Of a stretch of 64,000 bases of DNA, positions 21,495 to 30,934 are shown piece by piece. The translations under genes were made by a program, and so were the position numbers. The stretch's first letter is position 1. Each line of letters opens with the position of its first letter. The notes beneath the pieces are model-generated. The model did not search any database. It saw only the letters and a program-made list of their open reading frames with translations, and was not told the DNA's origin. This DNA comes from Alphaproteobacteria bacterium (GTDB lineage: Bacteria > Pseudomonadota > Alphaproteobacteria > Bin95), in the NCBI GenBank assembly GCA_964291285.2, contig OZ219786.1, positions 704,001-768,000 of the forward strand, written 5' to 3'.

Positions 21495-22259
21495 ATGTTC
21501 GAGATCGAGATCGTCCCCGCGCTGTCGGACAACTACGTCTATATCGTCCACGATGCCGCCTCGGGCGCAACCGCCGTGGTGGACCCGGCCGAGGCGCCCC
21601 CGGTGCTCGCGGCGCTGGAGCGGCGGGGGCTGCAGCTCACCCATATCCTCAACACCCACCACCATTTCGACCATATCGGCGGCAATGCGGAGCTGGTGGA
21701 GCGCTACGGCGCGCCGGTGATCGGCCCGCGGGCGGACAGCGCGCGCATTCCGGGGCTCGATGTCGAGGTCGGCGAGGGCGACAGCTATACGGTCGGCACG
21801 CAGACCGCGCGGATCTTCGACGTACCGGGCCACACCAGCGGCCATATCGCCTTCTGGTTCGAGGAGAGCCGCGCGCTGTTCTGCGGCGACACGCTGTTCG
21901 CGCTCGGCTGCGGGCGGATGTTCGAGGGCACGCCGGAGCAGTTCTGGTCCTCGCTCGGCAAGCTACGCGCGCTCCCGGACGACACCCGCGTCTATTGCGG
22001 GCACGAATACACCCAGTCCAATGCCCGCTTCGCCATTTCGGTGGACCCGGACAACGAGGCGCTCCAGGCGGCCTGCCGGCGCATTGACGACCTCCGCTCG
22101 CGCGGCGAGCGCACCATCCCCTCAGAGCTCGGCGAGGAGAAGCTCGCCAACCCCTTCCTGCGGGCCGACCTGCCGGAAATGCAGCGCCTGGTCGGCATGG
22201 AGGGCGAGGCGCCCGAGGCCGTCTTCGCCGAAATCCGCCGGCGCAAGGACAACTTCTAG
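21495..22259 (+). CDS. gloB: Hydroxyacylglutathione hydrolase (glyoxalase II)
   Basis: DNYVY, THHHFDHIGG, GHTSGH, GDTLF..GCGR, CGHEYT, NPFLR. Confidence 0.95.
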   Translation: MFEIEIVPALSDNYVYIVHDAASGATAVVDPAEAPPVLAALERRGLQLTHILNTHHHFDHIGGNAELVERYGAPVIGPRADSARIPGLDVEVGEGDSYTVGTQTARIFDVPGHTSGHIAFWFEESRALFCGDTLFALGCGRMFEGTPEQFWSSLGKLRALPDDTRVYCGHEYTQSNARFAISVDPDNEALQAACRRIDDLRSRGERTIPSELGEEKLANPFLRADLPEMQRLVGMEGEAPEAVFAEIRRRKDNF

Positions 22260-22273
22260 CCGGCCGCGGTTCC

Positions 22274-22747
22274 TTGTCCGGCGCTGAACCCGTGCTGTTC
22301 GACGCGGTGCTGACGCCGCACCGTTCCCTGCCGCCCGCCGGCTTCCGGCTGCTGATCGGCGCGCTCGTGCTGGTCGGCCTGGTGGCGGGGATCGCGTTCC
22401 TCCTGCTCGGCGCCTGGCCGGTGCTGGGCTTCTTCGGGCTCGATATCGCGCTGCTCGCCTGGTGCTTCCACGTGAATTACCGGCAGGGACGCCGGCGCGA
22501 GCGGCTCCGGCTCACCCCCGACGCCCTCACCGTCGAGCGCATGAGCCCGGCCGGCGCGGTGGAGCAGGTGCGCCTGCCGCCCTGGTGGCTCCGGGTCGAG
22601 ATCGACCAGAGCGGCGAGCGACCGGGGCCTCTGACGCTCGCCACGCACGGCCGGCGCGAGACCGTGGGCGCGTTCCTGGCGCCCTGGGAGCGGGTCGAGG
22701 TTGCGGAAGCGCTCCGCCGGGCGCTCGCCCCGCTCCGCGCCGGATGA
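22274..22747 (+). CDS. DUF2244-like membrane protein
   Basis: LTPHRSL, GAWPVLGFFGLD, VGAFL. Confidence 0.75.
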   Translation: MSGAEPVLFDAVLTPHRSLPPAGFRLLIGALVLVGLVAGIAFLLLGAWPVLGFFGLDIALLAWCFHVNYRQGRRRERLRLTPDALTVERMSPAGAVEQVRLPPWWLRVEIDQSGERPGPLTLATHGRRETVGAFLAPWERVEVAEALRRALAPLRAG

Positions 22748-22787
22748 CCGCCGCAGCATCACCCGACCGTCACCCAGCCGAGGCCCG

Positions 22788-23660
22788 ATGACCGATCCCG
22801 GACCGATCCCGCCGCGCTTCGAGCGCTTCGAAGGGGCGGAGGGGCTTTCGCTCGCCGCCGACATACTGGGCGACGACCACCGCCCGACCGTGCTGCTCGC
22901 GCATGGCGGCGGGCAGACGCGCCATGCCTGGGGCGAGGCCGCGCTGGCGCTGGCGCTGCGCGGCTGGCGGGCGGTCAGCCTCGACCAGCGCGGCCACGGC
23001 GACAGCGACCGCTCGCCCGACGGGCGCTACCTGATCGAGCATTTCGGTGCGGATCTGCGCGCCGTCGCCCGGCAACTCGACCGTCCGGTCGCGGTCGGCG
23101 CCTCGCTCGGCGGCATCGCTTCGCTCATCGCCGAGGGAGAATCGCCGGAGCCAGTGCTGCGCGCCCTCGTGCTGGTGGACATCACGCCCCGCGTGCGCCC
23201 GGAAGGGGCGGCGCGCGTCGTCGAGTTCATGAAGGCCCATGTGGAGACCGGCTTCGGTTCTCTGGAGGAGGCGGCCGATGCGGTGGCCGCCTACCTGCCG
23301 AACCGCAGGCGCCCGCGCGACCTCTCCGGACTGCGCAAGAACCTGCGCGAGGGCGCGGACGGGCGCTGGTACTGGCACTGGGACCCCGCCTTCATCACGG
23401 ATGTGCGCGACCGGCAGGAGGACCGCGACCCGGAGCGGCTGGAAGCCTGCGCGCGCGTGCTGGCGCGGCGGCGCACCCCCACCCTGCTGGTGCGCGGCGG
23501 CAGCAGCGACCTGGTGACCGAGACCGAGGCGCGCGCCTTCCTGGACCTCGTGCCGCACGCGCGTTTCGTCGATGTCTCGGGCGCGGGCCATATGGTCGCC
23601 GGCGACCGGAACGACGCCTTCAACACCGCCATCATCCGCTTCCTGCGCGATTTGCCCTGA
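22788..23660 (+). CDS. Alpha/beta hydrolase
   Basis: HGGGQT, DQRGHG, GASLGG nucleophile elbow, AGHMV. Confidence 0.88.
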   Translation: MTDPGPIPPRFERFEGAEGLSLAADILGDDHRPTVLLAHGGGQTRHAWGEAALALALRGWRAVSLDQRGHGDSDRSPDGRYLIEHFGADLRAVARQLDRPVAVGASLGGIASLIAEGESPEPVLRALVLVDITPRVRPEGAARVVEFMKAHVETGFGSLEEAADAVAAYLPNRRRPRDLSGLRKNLREGADGRWYWHWDPAFITDVRDRQEDRDPERLEACARVLARRRTPTLLVRGGSSDLVTETEARAFLDLVPHARFVDVSGAGHMVAGDRNDAFNTAIIRFLRDLP

Positions 23661-23717
23661 GACGGCGAACGGAGTTGAATGCGTCCCGTCGCGGCAGCCA
23701 CCCCCGGAGACACGTCC

Positions 23718-25034
23718 ATGCCGGATACCCCCGCCGACCGTACGAATTTCGACCTCGCCGCCGCGCTGGAGGACGCCGAGGCCCGCTTCGCCGAGGCCAA
23801 TCCCACCAGCGCCGGCCTCTACGAGCAGGCCTGCCGCGCCATGCCGGGCGGCAATACCCGCACCGTGCTCTACTACCCGCCTTTCCCGGTTTCGCTCGCG
23901 CGCGGCGACGGCTGCTATGTTGAGGACGCCGACGGCCACCGCTATGCGGATTTCGTCGTCGAGCAGACCGCCGGCATTTACGGCCACTCGGAGCCCGCCA
24001 TCCAGCGGGCCATCTCCTCCGCCCTCGCCCAGGGCATCACGCTCGGCGGCCCGACGCCGCGCGAGGGCCGGCTTGCGGAGATCATGTGCGAGCGCTTCCC
24101 CTCGCTCGACATGGTGCGCTTCACCAACTCCGGCACCGAGGCGAACCTGATGGCGTTGAGCGCGGCGCGCGCCTTCACCGGGCGCACCGCCATTCTCGCT
24201 TTCGAGGGCAGCTACCATGGCAGCGTGCTTTCCTTCGGCGCCTATGGCAACCGGATGAACGTCCCCCTCGACTGGGTGATGGGGCGCTACAACGACATGG
24301 AAGGCACGCGCGCGCTCATCGAGGAGAACAGGGACAATCTCGCGGCCATCATCATCGAGCCGATGACCGGCAGCGGCGGCTGCATCCCGGCCGAGCCCGA
24401 GTTCCTGCAAATGCTGCGCGATGCGGCCGACGAGCATGGCATCATCCTGCAATTCGACGAGGTGATGACCTCGCGCCTCGGCCCCGGCGGCCTGCAGAAG
24501 GTGCATGGCATCACCCCGGACATGACCTCGTTCGGCAAATATCTGGGCGGCGGCCTCACCTTCGGCGCCTTCGGCGGCAAGGCGGAGGTGATGTCGCGCT
24601 TCGACCCGCGCGAGCCGGACCATTTCGGCCATGCCGGCACCTTCAACAACAATGTCCTGACCATGCAGGCGGCGATCGCGGGGCTGACGGAGGTGTACAC
24701 CGAGAAGGCGGCGGAGGAGATCAACGCCCAGGGGGACCTGCTGCGCCACCGCCTGAACAATGCCGCGGAGACGCGCAACCTGCCCGTGCAGGTGACCGGC
24801 TACGGCTCCATGATGATGTTCCACCCGACCGACGCCGACCTCACCGGCCCGAAGGACACCGACGCCGCGCCGAAGGAGGCCCGCGCCCTCTTCCACCTGG
24901 AGATGATGGCCCGCGCCCACTATGTCTCGCGCCGCGGCATGATGGTCCTCTCGCTGCCCATGGGCCCGGAGGAATTCGACGGCCTGACGGCGGCCTTCGA
25001 GGATATTCTGGATACTTACGGCGCGCTGTTCTGA
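23718..25034 (+). CDS. Class III PLP aminotransferase (glutamate-1-semialdehyde aminomutase-like)
   Basis: NSGTEA, FEGSYHG, FDEVMT, FGKYLGGG, HAGTFNNN. Confidence 0.88.
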   Translation: MPDTPADRTNFDLAAALEDAEARFAEANPTSAGLYEQACRAMPGGNTRTVLYYPPFPVSLARGDGCYVEDADGHRYADFVVEQTAGIYGHSEPAIQRAISSALAQGITLGGPTPREGRLAEIMCERFPSLDMVRFTNSGTEANLMALSAARAFTGRTAILAFEGSYHGSVLSFGAYGNRMNVPLDWVMGRYNDMEGTRALIEENRDNLAAIIIEPMTGSGGCIPAEPEFLQMLRDAADEHGIILQFDEVMTSRLGPGGLQKVHGITPDMTSFGKYLGGGLTFGAFGGKAEVMSRFDPREPDHFGHAGTFNNNVLTMQAAIAGLTEVYTEKAAEEINAQGDLLRHRLNNAAETRNLPVQVTGYGSMMMFHPTDADLTGPKDTDAAPKEARALFHLEMMARAHYVSRRGMMVLSLPMGPEEFDGLTAAFEDILDTYGALF

Positions 25035-25060
25035 GGAGCGCTTCCCGGCGGCGGAAAAGG

Positions 25061-25299
25061 TCAGGGCAGGCCCGCGGCCTTTCGGAGCGCGTCGTTGATG
25101 CGGGTTTGCCACCCGGGCCCGCCGGAGCGGAAGGCAGCAAGGACATCGGGATCGAGACGGAGGGTGGTCCGAACCTTCGTCACATCGGATTTCGGCCGGC
25201 CGCGGCGCAGCGGGCCCTGGCGAATTTCGCCTGCCATTCGGGGGTGCTGAAATCCGGCAGGTCATCGTCCGAATCGGGAGGCATAGAGCTCTTGTTCAC
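25061..25299 (-). pseudogene. brnA: BrnA-family antitoxin, frameshifted by a 1-bp deletion near 25213
   Basis: Manual translation MNKSSMPPDSDDDLPDFSTPEWQAKFARA / LRRGRPKSDVTKVRTTLRLDPDVLAAFRSGGPGWQTRINDALRKAAGLP; span is 239 bp, one short of a full frame. Confidence 0.8.
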
Positions 25300-25333
25300 G
25301 GGCGTTGGCCTTTCTCGTGTTTATGATGCGCCA
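25262..25333 (-). pseudogene. brnT: C-terminal remnant of BrnT-family toxin
   Basis: WRIINTRKANAREQELYASRFGR* overlapping the brnA start; resembles the BrnT RIISxRKAxxRE motif. Confidence 0.6.
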
Positions 25334-25361
25334 AGCAGCAAGCGGCAAGCGGGACAGGCTT

Positions 25362-26540
25362 ATGAAATACGACGTCATCGTCATCGGCGGCGGGCTTCAC
25401 GGCAGCAGCACGGCTTATCACCTGGCCGTCCGCGAACCGGGGCTCGGCATCGCGGTGGTCGAGCGCGACCCGGCCTATGAGCATGCCGCCTCGATCCGCT
25501 CGACGGCCGGCGTGCGGGCCATGTTCTCGCAGGAAGAGAATGTGCGCATGTCGCAATACGGCCACGAGTTCTACCGGGGCTACGAGCGGACGATGACCGT
25601 GGACGGCGATCCGGCCACCGTGTCCTTTCGCCGTCAGGGCTATCTGCACATCGCGACTTCGCCCGAAATGGCCGGGAGCATGCGCGCCAATCACGCGCTC
25701 CAGAGACGCCTCGGCTGCAATGTCGACCTTCTCGATGCGGCCGGGACGGCGTCCCGCTTTCCCTCGCTCCGCACCGGCGACATGGTCTGCGCGACCCACT
25801 CCCCCGACGACGGCTGGATCGATTCGCACGGCGCGCTGACGGCGCTCAGGCGCAAGGCGCGGGCGCTCGGCGTCAGCTACATCGCGGGCTCGGTGGCCGG
25901 TCTGAACGTCTCCTCCGGCCTCGTCCGTTCGGTTGCGCTCGAAAGCGGCGAGGTGCTGGAGGGCGACCGGGTCGTCAACAATGCCGGCGCTTGGGCGCAC
26001 GAGGTCTCTGCGATGGTCGGCCTCGACATTCCGGTCCGCCCGATGCCGCGCACGACCTGGTTTTTCGACTGCCGGGCGGAGATCGAGCCGCTGCCGCTCA
26101 CCACTGACGCCGCGAACGGCCATTCGATCGGGTTCCGGCCCGAAGGCGCGGGCTTTATCGCAGGCATATCCGACTACGAGCGCACCGGCGATTTCGACTG
26201 GGAGCCGGACCTGGAAGGGTTCGAGAGCGAGGCGTGGCCGCGCCTCGCGCACCGCGTGCCGGCGTTCGAGGCGATCCGGCTCAGGAACGCCTGGGCCTGC
26301 CACTACGCCTACAACACCTTCGACGGAAACATGATTATCGGCGCATGGCCGGGCGCGCCGGAGAATTTCCTCATCGCGACCGGGTTTTCCGGCCACGGCC
26401 TCCAGCACGCGCCGGCGGCGGGCCGGGCGCTCTCGGAACTGATTCTCGACGGAGGCTTTGCGACCATCGATCTCGACCGCTTCCATTGCCGACGCGTCCC
26501 CGAAAACAGGCGCGAACCGGAGCGCGGCGTAACCGCTTGA
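25362..26540 (+). CDS. FAD-dependent oxidoreductase (DAO/sarcosine oxidase beta-like)
   Basis: VIGGGLHG, NNAGAW, ATGFSGHGLQHAPAAG. Confidence 0.88.
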   Translation: MKYDVIVIGGGLHGSSTAYHLAVREPGLGIAVVERDPAYEHAASIRSTAGVRAMFSQEENVRMSQYGHEFYRGYERTMTVDGDPATVSFRRQGYLHIATSPEMAGSMRANHALQRRLGCNVDLLDAAGTASRFPSLRTGDMVCATHSPDDGWIDSHGALTALRRKARALGVSYIAGSVAGLNVSSGLVRSVALESGEVLEGDRVVNNAGAWAHEVSAMVGLDIPVRPMPRTTWFFDCRAEIEPLPLTTDAANGHSIGFRPEGAGFIAGISDYERTGDFDWEPDLEGFESEAWPRLAHRVPAFEAIRLRNAWACHYAYNTFDGNMIIGAWPGAPENFLIATGFSGHGLQHAPAAGRALSELILDGGFATIDLDRFHCRRVPENRREPERGVTA

Positions 26541-26629
26541 CACGTTGCATTAGAGCGGCACCCGTTCGGGTTGAAACGGCTTCGTCCGTAAAGCCTCAAG
26601 CATCACCCCGGACGGCACGTCAGCAGCCT

Positions 26630-26650
26630 GCCCCGGACTTGATCCGGGGC
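26630..26650. repeat. REP-like palindrome GCCCCGGA-CTTGA-TCCGGGGC
   Basis: Perfect 8-bp stem; resembles alphaproteobacterial CCGGACTTGATCCGG palindromic repeats. Confidence 0.6.
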
Positions 26651-26996
26651 GACGAGCCTTTCATGAAATTTAGGTAATATTTCTCTATTTCTGGTCTGAA
26701 TCAGGAAAACCCGTGATATGATGGGTTCGAGGTAAGCGGCATCCGGAGCCGCTTCCCGCCCGCGCCGGCCCGGTGCGGAACGACCCCGATTCAGCCGACA
26801 GGCGAGGCGCGTCCTGCGCCTGCCTCGCGCACGCGCAATCAGGCGCGCGAACCGCGCCGGCGCAATGGCGCGCCCGCGCCGGCACAGGCGCCCGCGCAGG
26901 ATACGCGCGAATAGGGGTCGCTCCGATGCCGGGACGGTGCGTCTGCCAACCCGCTCCGGTGTCCGCACCGGGCGCAAGCCGAACCAGGGAGCCGCC

Positions 26997-27296
26997 ATGC
27001 CTATCATCGACCCGACCGTCGCCCTCTCCACCCGCCAGGAAGCCTTCTGCCGCCACTGCACGGCTTCCGGCAATGCCGCAGACGCCGCAAGGCGCGCCGG
27101 CTATGCCGAACGCTCCGCAAGGCAGACAGGATGCGCGCTCCTGGAGCGGCCCTGGATCGTGGAGAACATCGAACAGCGCCGCCGGGACAGCCTCGACTGG
27201 CTCCAGAGGGCCGGACCCCTCAATGCGCCCCGGCAGCCGGACGGGCCCGACGGCGGGGATTTCACCCCGACCATGACAAAACATGACATTTCATGA
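26997..27296 (+). CDS. Terminase small subunit-like HTH protein (99 aa)
   Basis: LSTRQEAFCRHCTASGNAADAARRAGYAERSARQTGCALLERPWI resembles the TerS N-terminal pattern LTxKQxxF...NATxAAxxAGYS; RBS GGGAG. Confidence 0.7.
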   Translation: MPIIDPTVALSTRQEAFCRHCTASGNAADAARRAGYAERSARQTGCALLERPWIVENIEQRRRDSLDWLQRAGPLNAPRQPDGPDGGDFTPTMTKHDIS

Positions 27297-27332
27297 CACG
27301 GCGCTGGAGTGGGCCCCTTGGGTCGGACAGTT

Positions 27333-28127
27333 TCACGCGGCATTTTTGACAGGGTTGCGTTGTTGTTTCTCCTCGAAGCGGTTTGGGCTCAGATATCCGA
27401 GGGCGGAGTGCAGGCGTCTGTGGTTGTAGCTGTCGATGAAGCGTGGCAGTTGCCTTGCGACGTCTTCGGCGGTCTCGAAGGCCATGGGATAGACGCCTTC
27501 GACCTTCAGGGTTTTCATGAAGCTCTCCATCATGGCGTTGTCGTAGGGGTTGGCTCGTCGTCCCATGGAGCCGACCATCCCGTGTTTGTCGAGCCGGGTC
27601 CGGTAGGCATGGGCGGCGTATTGCGAGCCCCTGTCGGAGTGGTGGATGCAGCCGGGCTGAGGGCTTCGGTTCCCGATCGCCTTGTCGAGCGCCGCGAGCG
27701 TCAGGCGCGCGTCGATGCGTTGCCCGAGCGCGTAGCCGACAATGCGGCGCGACCAGGCGTCCATGACCGCCGCCAGATAGACGAAGCCGTCCAGGATGGC
27801 GATGTAGGTCAGGTCGGCGACCCAGAGCCGGTTCGGGCCCTCGACCTCGCAGTCCCGGGACCGGTCCGGGAAGACCGGCCCGTCGTGGCCGCTGTCCGTG
27901 GTGGCGACAAAGCGGCGCTTGCGCGGCGGCTGCAGGGCGTGTTCGCGCATCAGCCGCCTGACCTTCTTGTGGTTGACGGTCCGGCCCCGGTGGCGAAGTT
28001 CCGCCTGCATGCGCCGCCAGCCATAGGCCTCGAACTCGTCCTTGATCTCGTGCATCGCCTCGACCAGGGCGGTGTCGTCGACCGGGCTCTGCGGCTCGCG
28101 GTAACAGGTGGAGCGCGCGATCCCCAT
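27333..28127 (-). CDS. IS3 transposase OrfB (integrase core)
   Basis: WVADLTY, HHSDRGSQY, DNAMMESF, RRLHSALGY; TGATG overlap with orfA. Confidence 0.9.
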   Translation of the reverse strand: MGIARSTCYREPQSPVDDTALVEAMHEIKDEFEAYGWRRMQAELRHRGRTVNHKKVRRLMREHALQPPRKRRFVATTDSGHDGPVFPDRSRDCEVEGPNRLWVADLTYIAILDGFVYLAAVMDAWSRRIVGYALGQRIDARLTLAALDKAIGNRSPQPGCIHHSDRGSQYAAHAYRTRLDKHGMVGSMGRRANPYDNAMMESFMKTLKVEGVYPMAFETAEDVARQLPRFIDSYNHRRLHSALGYLSPNRFEEKQQRNPVKNAA

Positions 28128-28477
28128 CAGTCGGCATCCTTCGGCAACGGAGAGGCCTCGGGGCCGGCGATCACGGACATGGGCGCGCGCCTCGACCGCC
28201 GTCCTTGCCGCAAAGCCCCCTTTAGGAACTCCAGCTCCGCGGCCTGCCGGCCGACCAGCCGTTCGAGCGTCGCGATCCGGGCCTCATACGCCCGGAGCGT
28301 GTCAGCCGCCTCGGCCTCCTCATCGAAGGCGCCGGCCTCGTATTTCTCCAGCCACAGCCGGATCAGGGTGCGAGACAGGTCATGACGGCGGGCCAGACCG
28401 TAAAACGTCTCGCCTGCCAGATACTCCTCAACGACCTGGCGCTTGAAGGCCATGCTGTGCGTGCGGTGCTTCCTCAT
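28127..28477 (-). CDS. IS3 transposase OrfA (HTH)
   Basis: HSMAFKRQVV...LARRHDLSRTLIRLW, LERLVGRQAAELEFLK. Confidence 0.88.
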   Translation of the reverse strand: MRKHRTHSMAFKRQVVEEYLAGETFYGLARRHDLSRTLIRLWLEKYEAGAFDEEAEAADTLRAYEARIATLERLVGRQAAELEFLKGALRQGRRSRRAPMSVIAGPEASPLPKDAD

Positions 28478-28705
28478 CGGCGTCGATCCTTCCAATGACC
28501 GCGCACCTGTCAATTTCCTACAACAAAACTGTCCGAGACCAGGGGCCCACTCCACGCGAGAGGGCGCCGCCACTCCTCTCTTCTCCCGCCTGCAGGGGAA
28601 GCCGCGGACGGGGGAACGGGAGTGCATGCAATCCGCGTCCGGGGGTGGTAAACCGTCCGCCTCCGGTTTTCCTGCACACCCGATGCCCGTTTGAAGGACG
28701 ACGAC

Positions 28706-29581
28706 ATGACCAACGCCTCCGCCTACGAACCGCCGAAAGTCTGGACCTGGGAGCAAGAGAGCGGCGGCCGCTTCGCCTCGATCAACCGTCCCGTCGCCGG
28801 CGCCACGCACGAGCAGGAGCTGCCTCGCGGCAGGCATCCGCTGCAGCTTTACTCGCTGGCCACGCCCAACGGCGTGAAGGTGACGGTGATGCTGGAGGAG
28901 CTGCTGGCGGCCGGGCACAGCGGCGCGGAATACGACGCCTATGTCATCAGGATCGGCGACGGCGAGCAGTTCGGCTCCGGCTTCGTCGCCATCAACCCGA
29001 ATTCGAAAATCCCGGCGCTCGTGGACCATTCCACGCCCCAGCCGACGCGCGTGTTCGAATCCGGCGCGATCCTGCTTTATCTCGCGGAGAAGTTCGGCGC
29101 CTTCCTTCCCGAAGACCCCTCGGAGCGGGCTGAATGCCTCTCCTGGCTGTTCTGGCAGATGGGCTCCGCGCCCTATCTCGGCGGCGGCTTCGGGCACTTC
29201 TACGCCTATGCGCCGAGCAAGCAGCAATACCCGATCGACCGCTACACCATGGAGGTGAAGCGCCAGCTCGACGTGCTCGACAGGCAGCTCGCCGAAACGC
29301 GCTATGTGGCGGGCGGCGACTACACCATCGCCGACATGGCGATCTGGCCCTGGTACGGCGTGCTGACGACGGACGCGCTCTACGGTGCCGCCGAATTCCT
29401 CGCCGCGCAGGACTACCGGAATGTCGTGCGCTGGTACGACGAGATCGCGGCGCGCGATGCCGTCATCCGGGGGCGAAAGGTCAACCGGATCAGGGGGCCG
29501 CTCGAGGACCAGCTCCATGAGCGCCACGACGCCTCCGACTTCGAGCTGCGCACCCAGGACAAGCTGGAAGCGGTGGAATAG
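28706..29581 (+). CDS. yghU: Glutathione-dependent disulfide-bond oxidoreductase (Nu-class GST)
   Basis: YEPPKVWTW, INRPVAGATHE, YSLATPNGVKV, NPNSKIPAL, ERHDASDF. Confidence 0.9.
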   Translation: MTNASAYEPPKVWTWEQESGGRFASINRPVAGATHEQELPRGRHPLQLYSLATPNGVKVTVMLEELLAAGHSGAEYDAYVIRIGDGEQFGSGFVAINPNSKIPALVDHSTPQPTRVFESGAILLYLAEKFGAFLPEDPSERAECLSWLFWQMGSAPYLGGGFGHFYAYAPSKQQYPIDRYTMEVKRQLDVLDRQLAETRYVAGGDYTIADMAIWPWYGVLTTDALYGAAEFLAAQDYRNVVRWYDEIAARDAVIRGRKVNRIRGPLEDQLHERHDASDFELRTQDKLEAVE

Positions 29582-29698
29582 GGGTGGGGCTTCCTGCTCC
29601 GTTCGGCGCGGGCGGCGGTTGCGCGGCCCGTCGTTTCGGGGCACGGTTCCGGGGTCCGGGGGGCGCCCCGCGCGTCCCCGCCGCAATGGGTCCTGGCC

Positions 29699-30898
29699 AT
29701 GCCTGAAGCCGTTCCGCCGCTTGCCGGCGTCAAGGTCGTCGATATCTCCAATTTCCTTGCCGGCCCCGTTTCGACGATGTTCCTGGCGGACTTCGGCGCC
29801 GAGGTCGTCAAGATCGAGCGCCCGGACACCGGCGACGAATTGCGCTTCTGGGGCAACGACAAGAACGGCGTCGGGCTGATGTTCAAGCTGGTGAACCGCA
29901 ACAAGCGTTCGGTCACCGCGGACCTGCGCACGCCGCTCGGCGTCGAGATCGTCAAGCGCCTCGCCGCGGACGCCGACATCGTGGTCGAGAACTACCGCAA
30001 GGGCACGCTGGAGCGCTGGGGGCTCGGCTACGAGGTGCTGAGCGAAATCAATCCGGGCCTCATCATGGTGCGCCTGACCGGCTTCGGCCAGACCGGCCCC
30101 AACAGCCACCGGCCGGGCTTCGGCACGCTGGCCGAGGGCTATTCGGGATATGCCTACATCACCGGATATGCCGACCGGCCGCCGCTGCTGCCCGGTTTCG
30201 GCCTGGCGGACGAGAGTTCGGGCCTGATGGGCGCTTTCCTCGCCATGGTGGCGCTCCAGGAGAAGCGCCGGTCCGGCAAGGGGCAGGTGGTGGACTTCGC
30301 CATCTACGAGCCGCTGTTCACCCTGCTCGGGCCGCAGGTGGTGGACTTCGACCAGCTCGGCATCGTGCAGGAGCGCAACGGCAGCCGCCTACCCTTCACC
30401 GCGCCGCGCAACACCTACCGGACGAAGGACGACAAGTGGGTGTCGATCTCCGGCAGCGCCCAGTCCACCTTCGAGCGCATGTGCGAGGCGCTGGAGGTGC
30501 CGGAGCTTGTCCATGACGAGCGCTTCCTCGACAACCGGCTCCGCATCCAGAACGCGCCGGCGCTCGACGAGGCGCTCCAGGCGGCGATGCTGCGGTTCGA
30601 CCGCGACGACCTGCTCGCGCTTTTCGACCGCTTCGACGCGGCGGCGGCGCCCTGCAACAGCATTGCGGAGATTTTCGAGGACCCGCACTACAAGGCGCGG
30701 GAGAACATCATCGCGGTCGAGGATGCGGAGCTCGGCGGGCCGATCCGGATGCAGAACGTGGTCGGCAAGTTTTCGCGCACACCGGGCGGGATCCGCCATG
30801 CCGGGCCGAAGCTCGGGGCCGACAACCGGGCCGTCCTCGTGGAACGGCTCGGTTTCGACGAAACGGAGTTGCGCGCAGCCGGCCTGCCGCTCGACTGA
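29699..30898 (+). CDS. CaiB/BaiF class III CoA transferase
   Basis: LAGP..LADFGAEVVKIERP, NRNKRS, VENYR, GFGQTGP. Confidence 0.9.
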   Translation: MPEAVPPLAGVKVVDISNFLAGPVSTMFLADFGAEVVKIERPDTGDELRFWGNDKNGVGLMFKLVNRNKRSVTADLRTPLGVEIVKRLAADADIVVENYRKGTLERWGLGYEVLSEINPGLIMVRLTGFGQTGPNSHRPGFGTLAEGYSGYAYITGYADRPPLLPGFGLADESSGLMGAFLAMVALQEKRRSGKGQVVDFAIYEPLFTLLGPQVVDFDQLGIVQERNGSRLPFTAPRNTYRTKDDKWVSISGSAQSTFERMCEALEVPELVHDERFLDNRLRIQNAPALDEALQAAMLRFDRDDLLALFDRFDAAAAPCNSIAEIFEDPHYKARENIIAVEDAELGGPIRMQNVVGKFSRTPGGIRHAGPKLGADNRAVLVERLGFDETELRAAGLPLD

Positions 30899-30934
30899 GG
30901 CGGCGGCCGGAAGAGGCGCGACGGGAGGAAGGAC

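Larger units (their letters stand above)
26551..27298 (+). repeat. Dispersed element copy B (carries the terminase-small-subunit-like ORF)
   Basis: Colinear with copy A from CCGTTCxGGTTGA to TACGCGCGAAT; core at 26835-26863; CATGACA at 27272, 27282, 27292. Confidence 0.85.
27305..28554 (-). mobile_element. IS3-family insertion sequence (1250 bp)
   Basis: Imperfect TIRs TGGAGTGGGCCCCT...CGGACAGTTT, TG...CA ends, 3-bp target duplication CGC. Confidence 0.93.

Noticed and set aside
28127-30109. 660-aa ORF ending in IS3 OrfA
   Set aside because: The upstream part is antisense to yghU and the CoA transferase and crosses the IS end; OrfA starts at 28477
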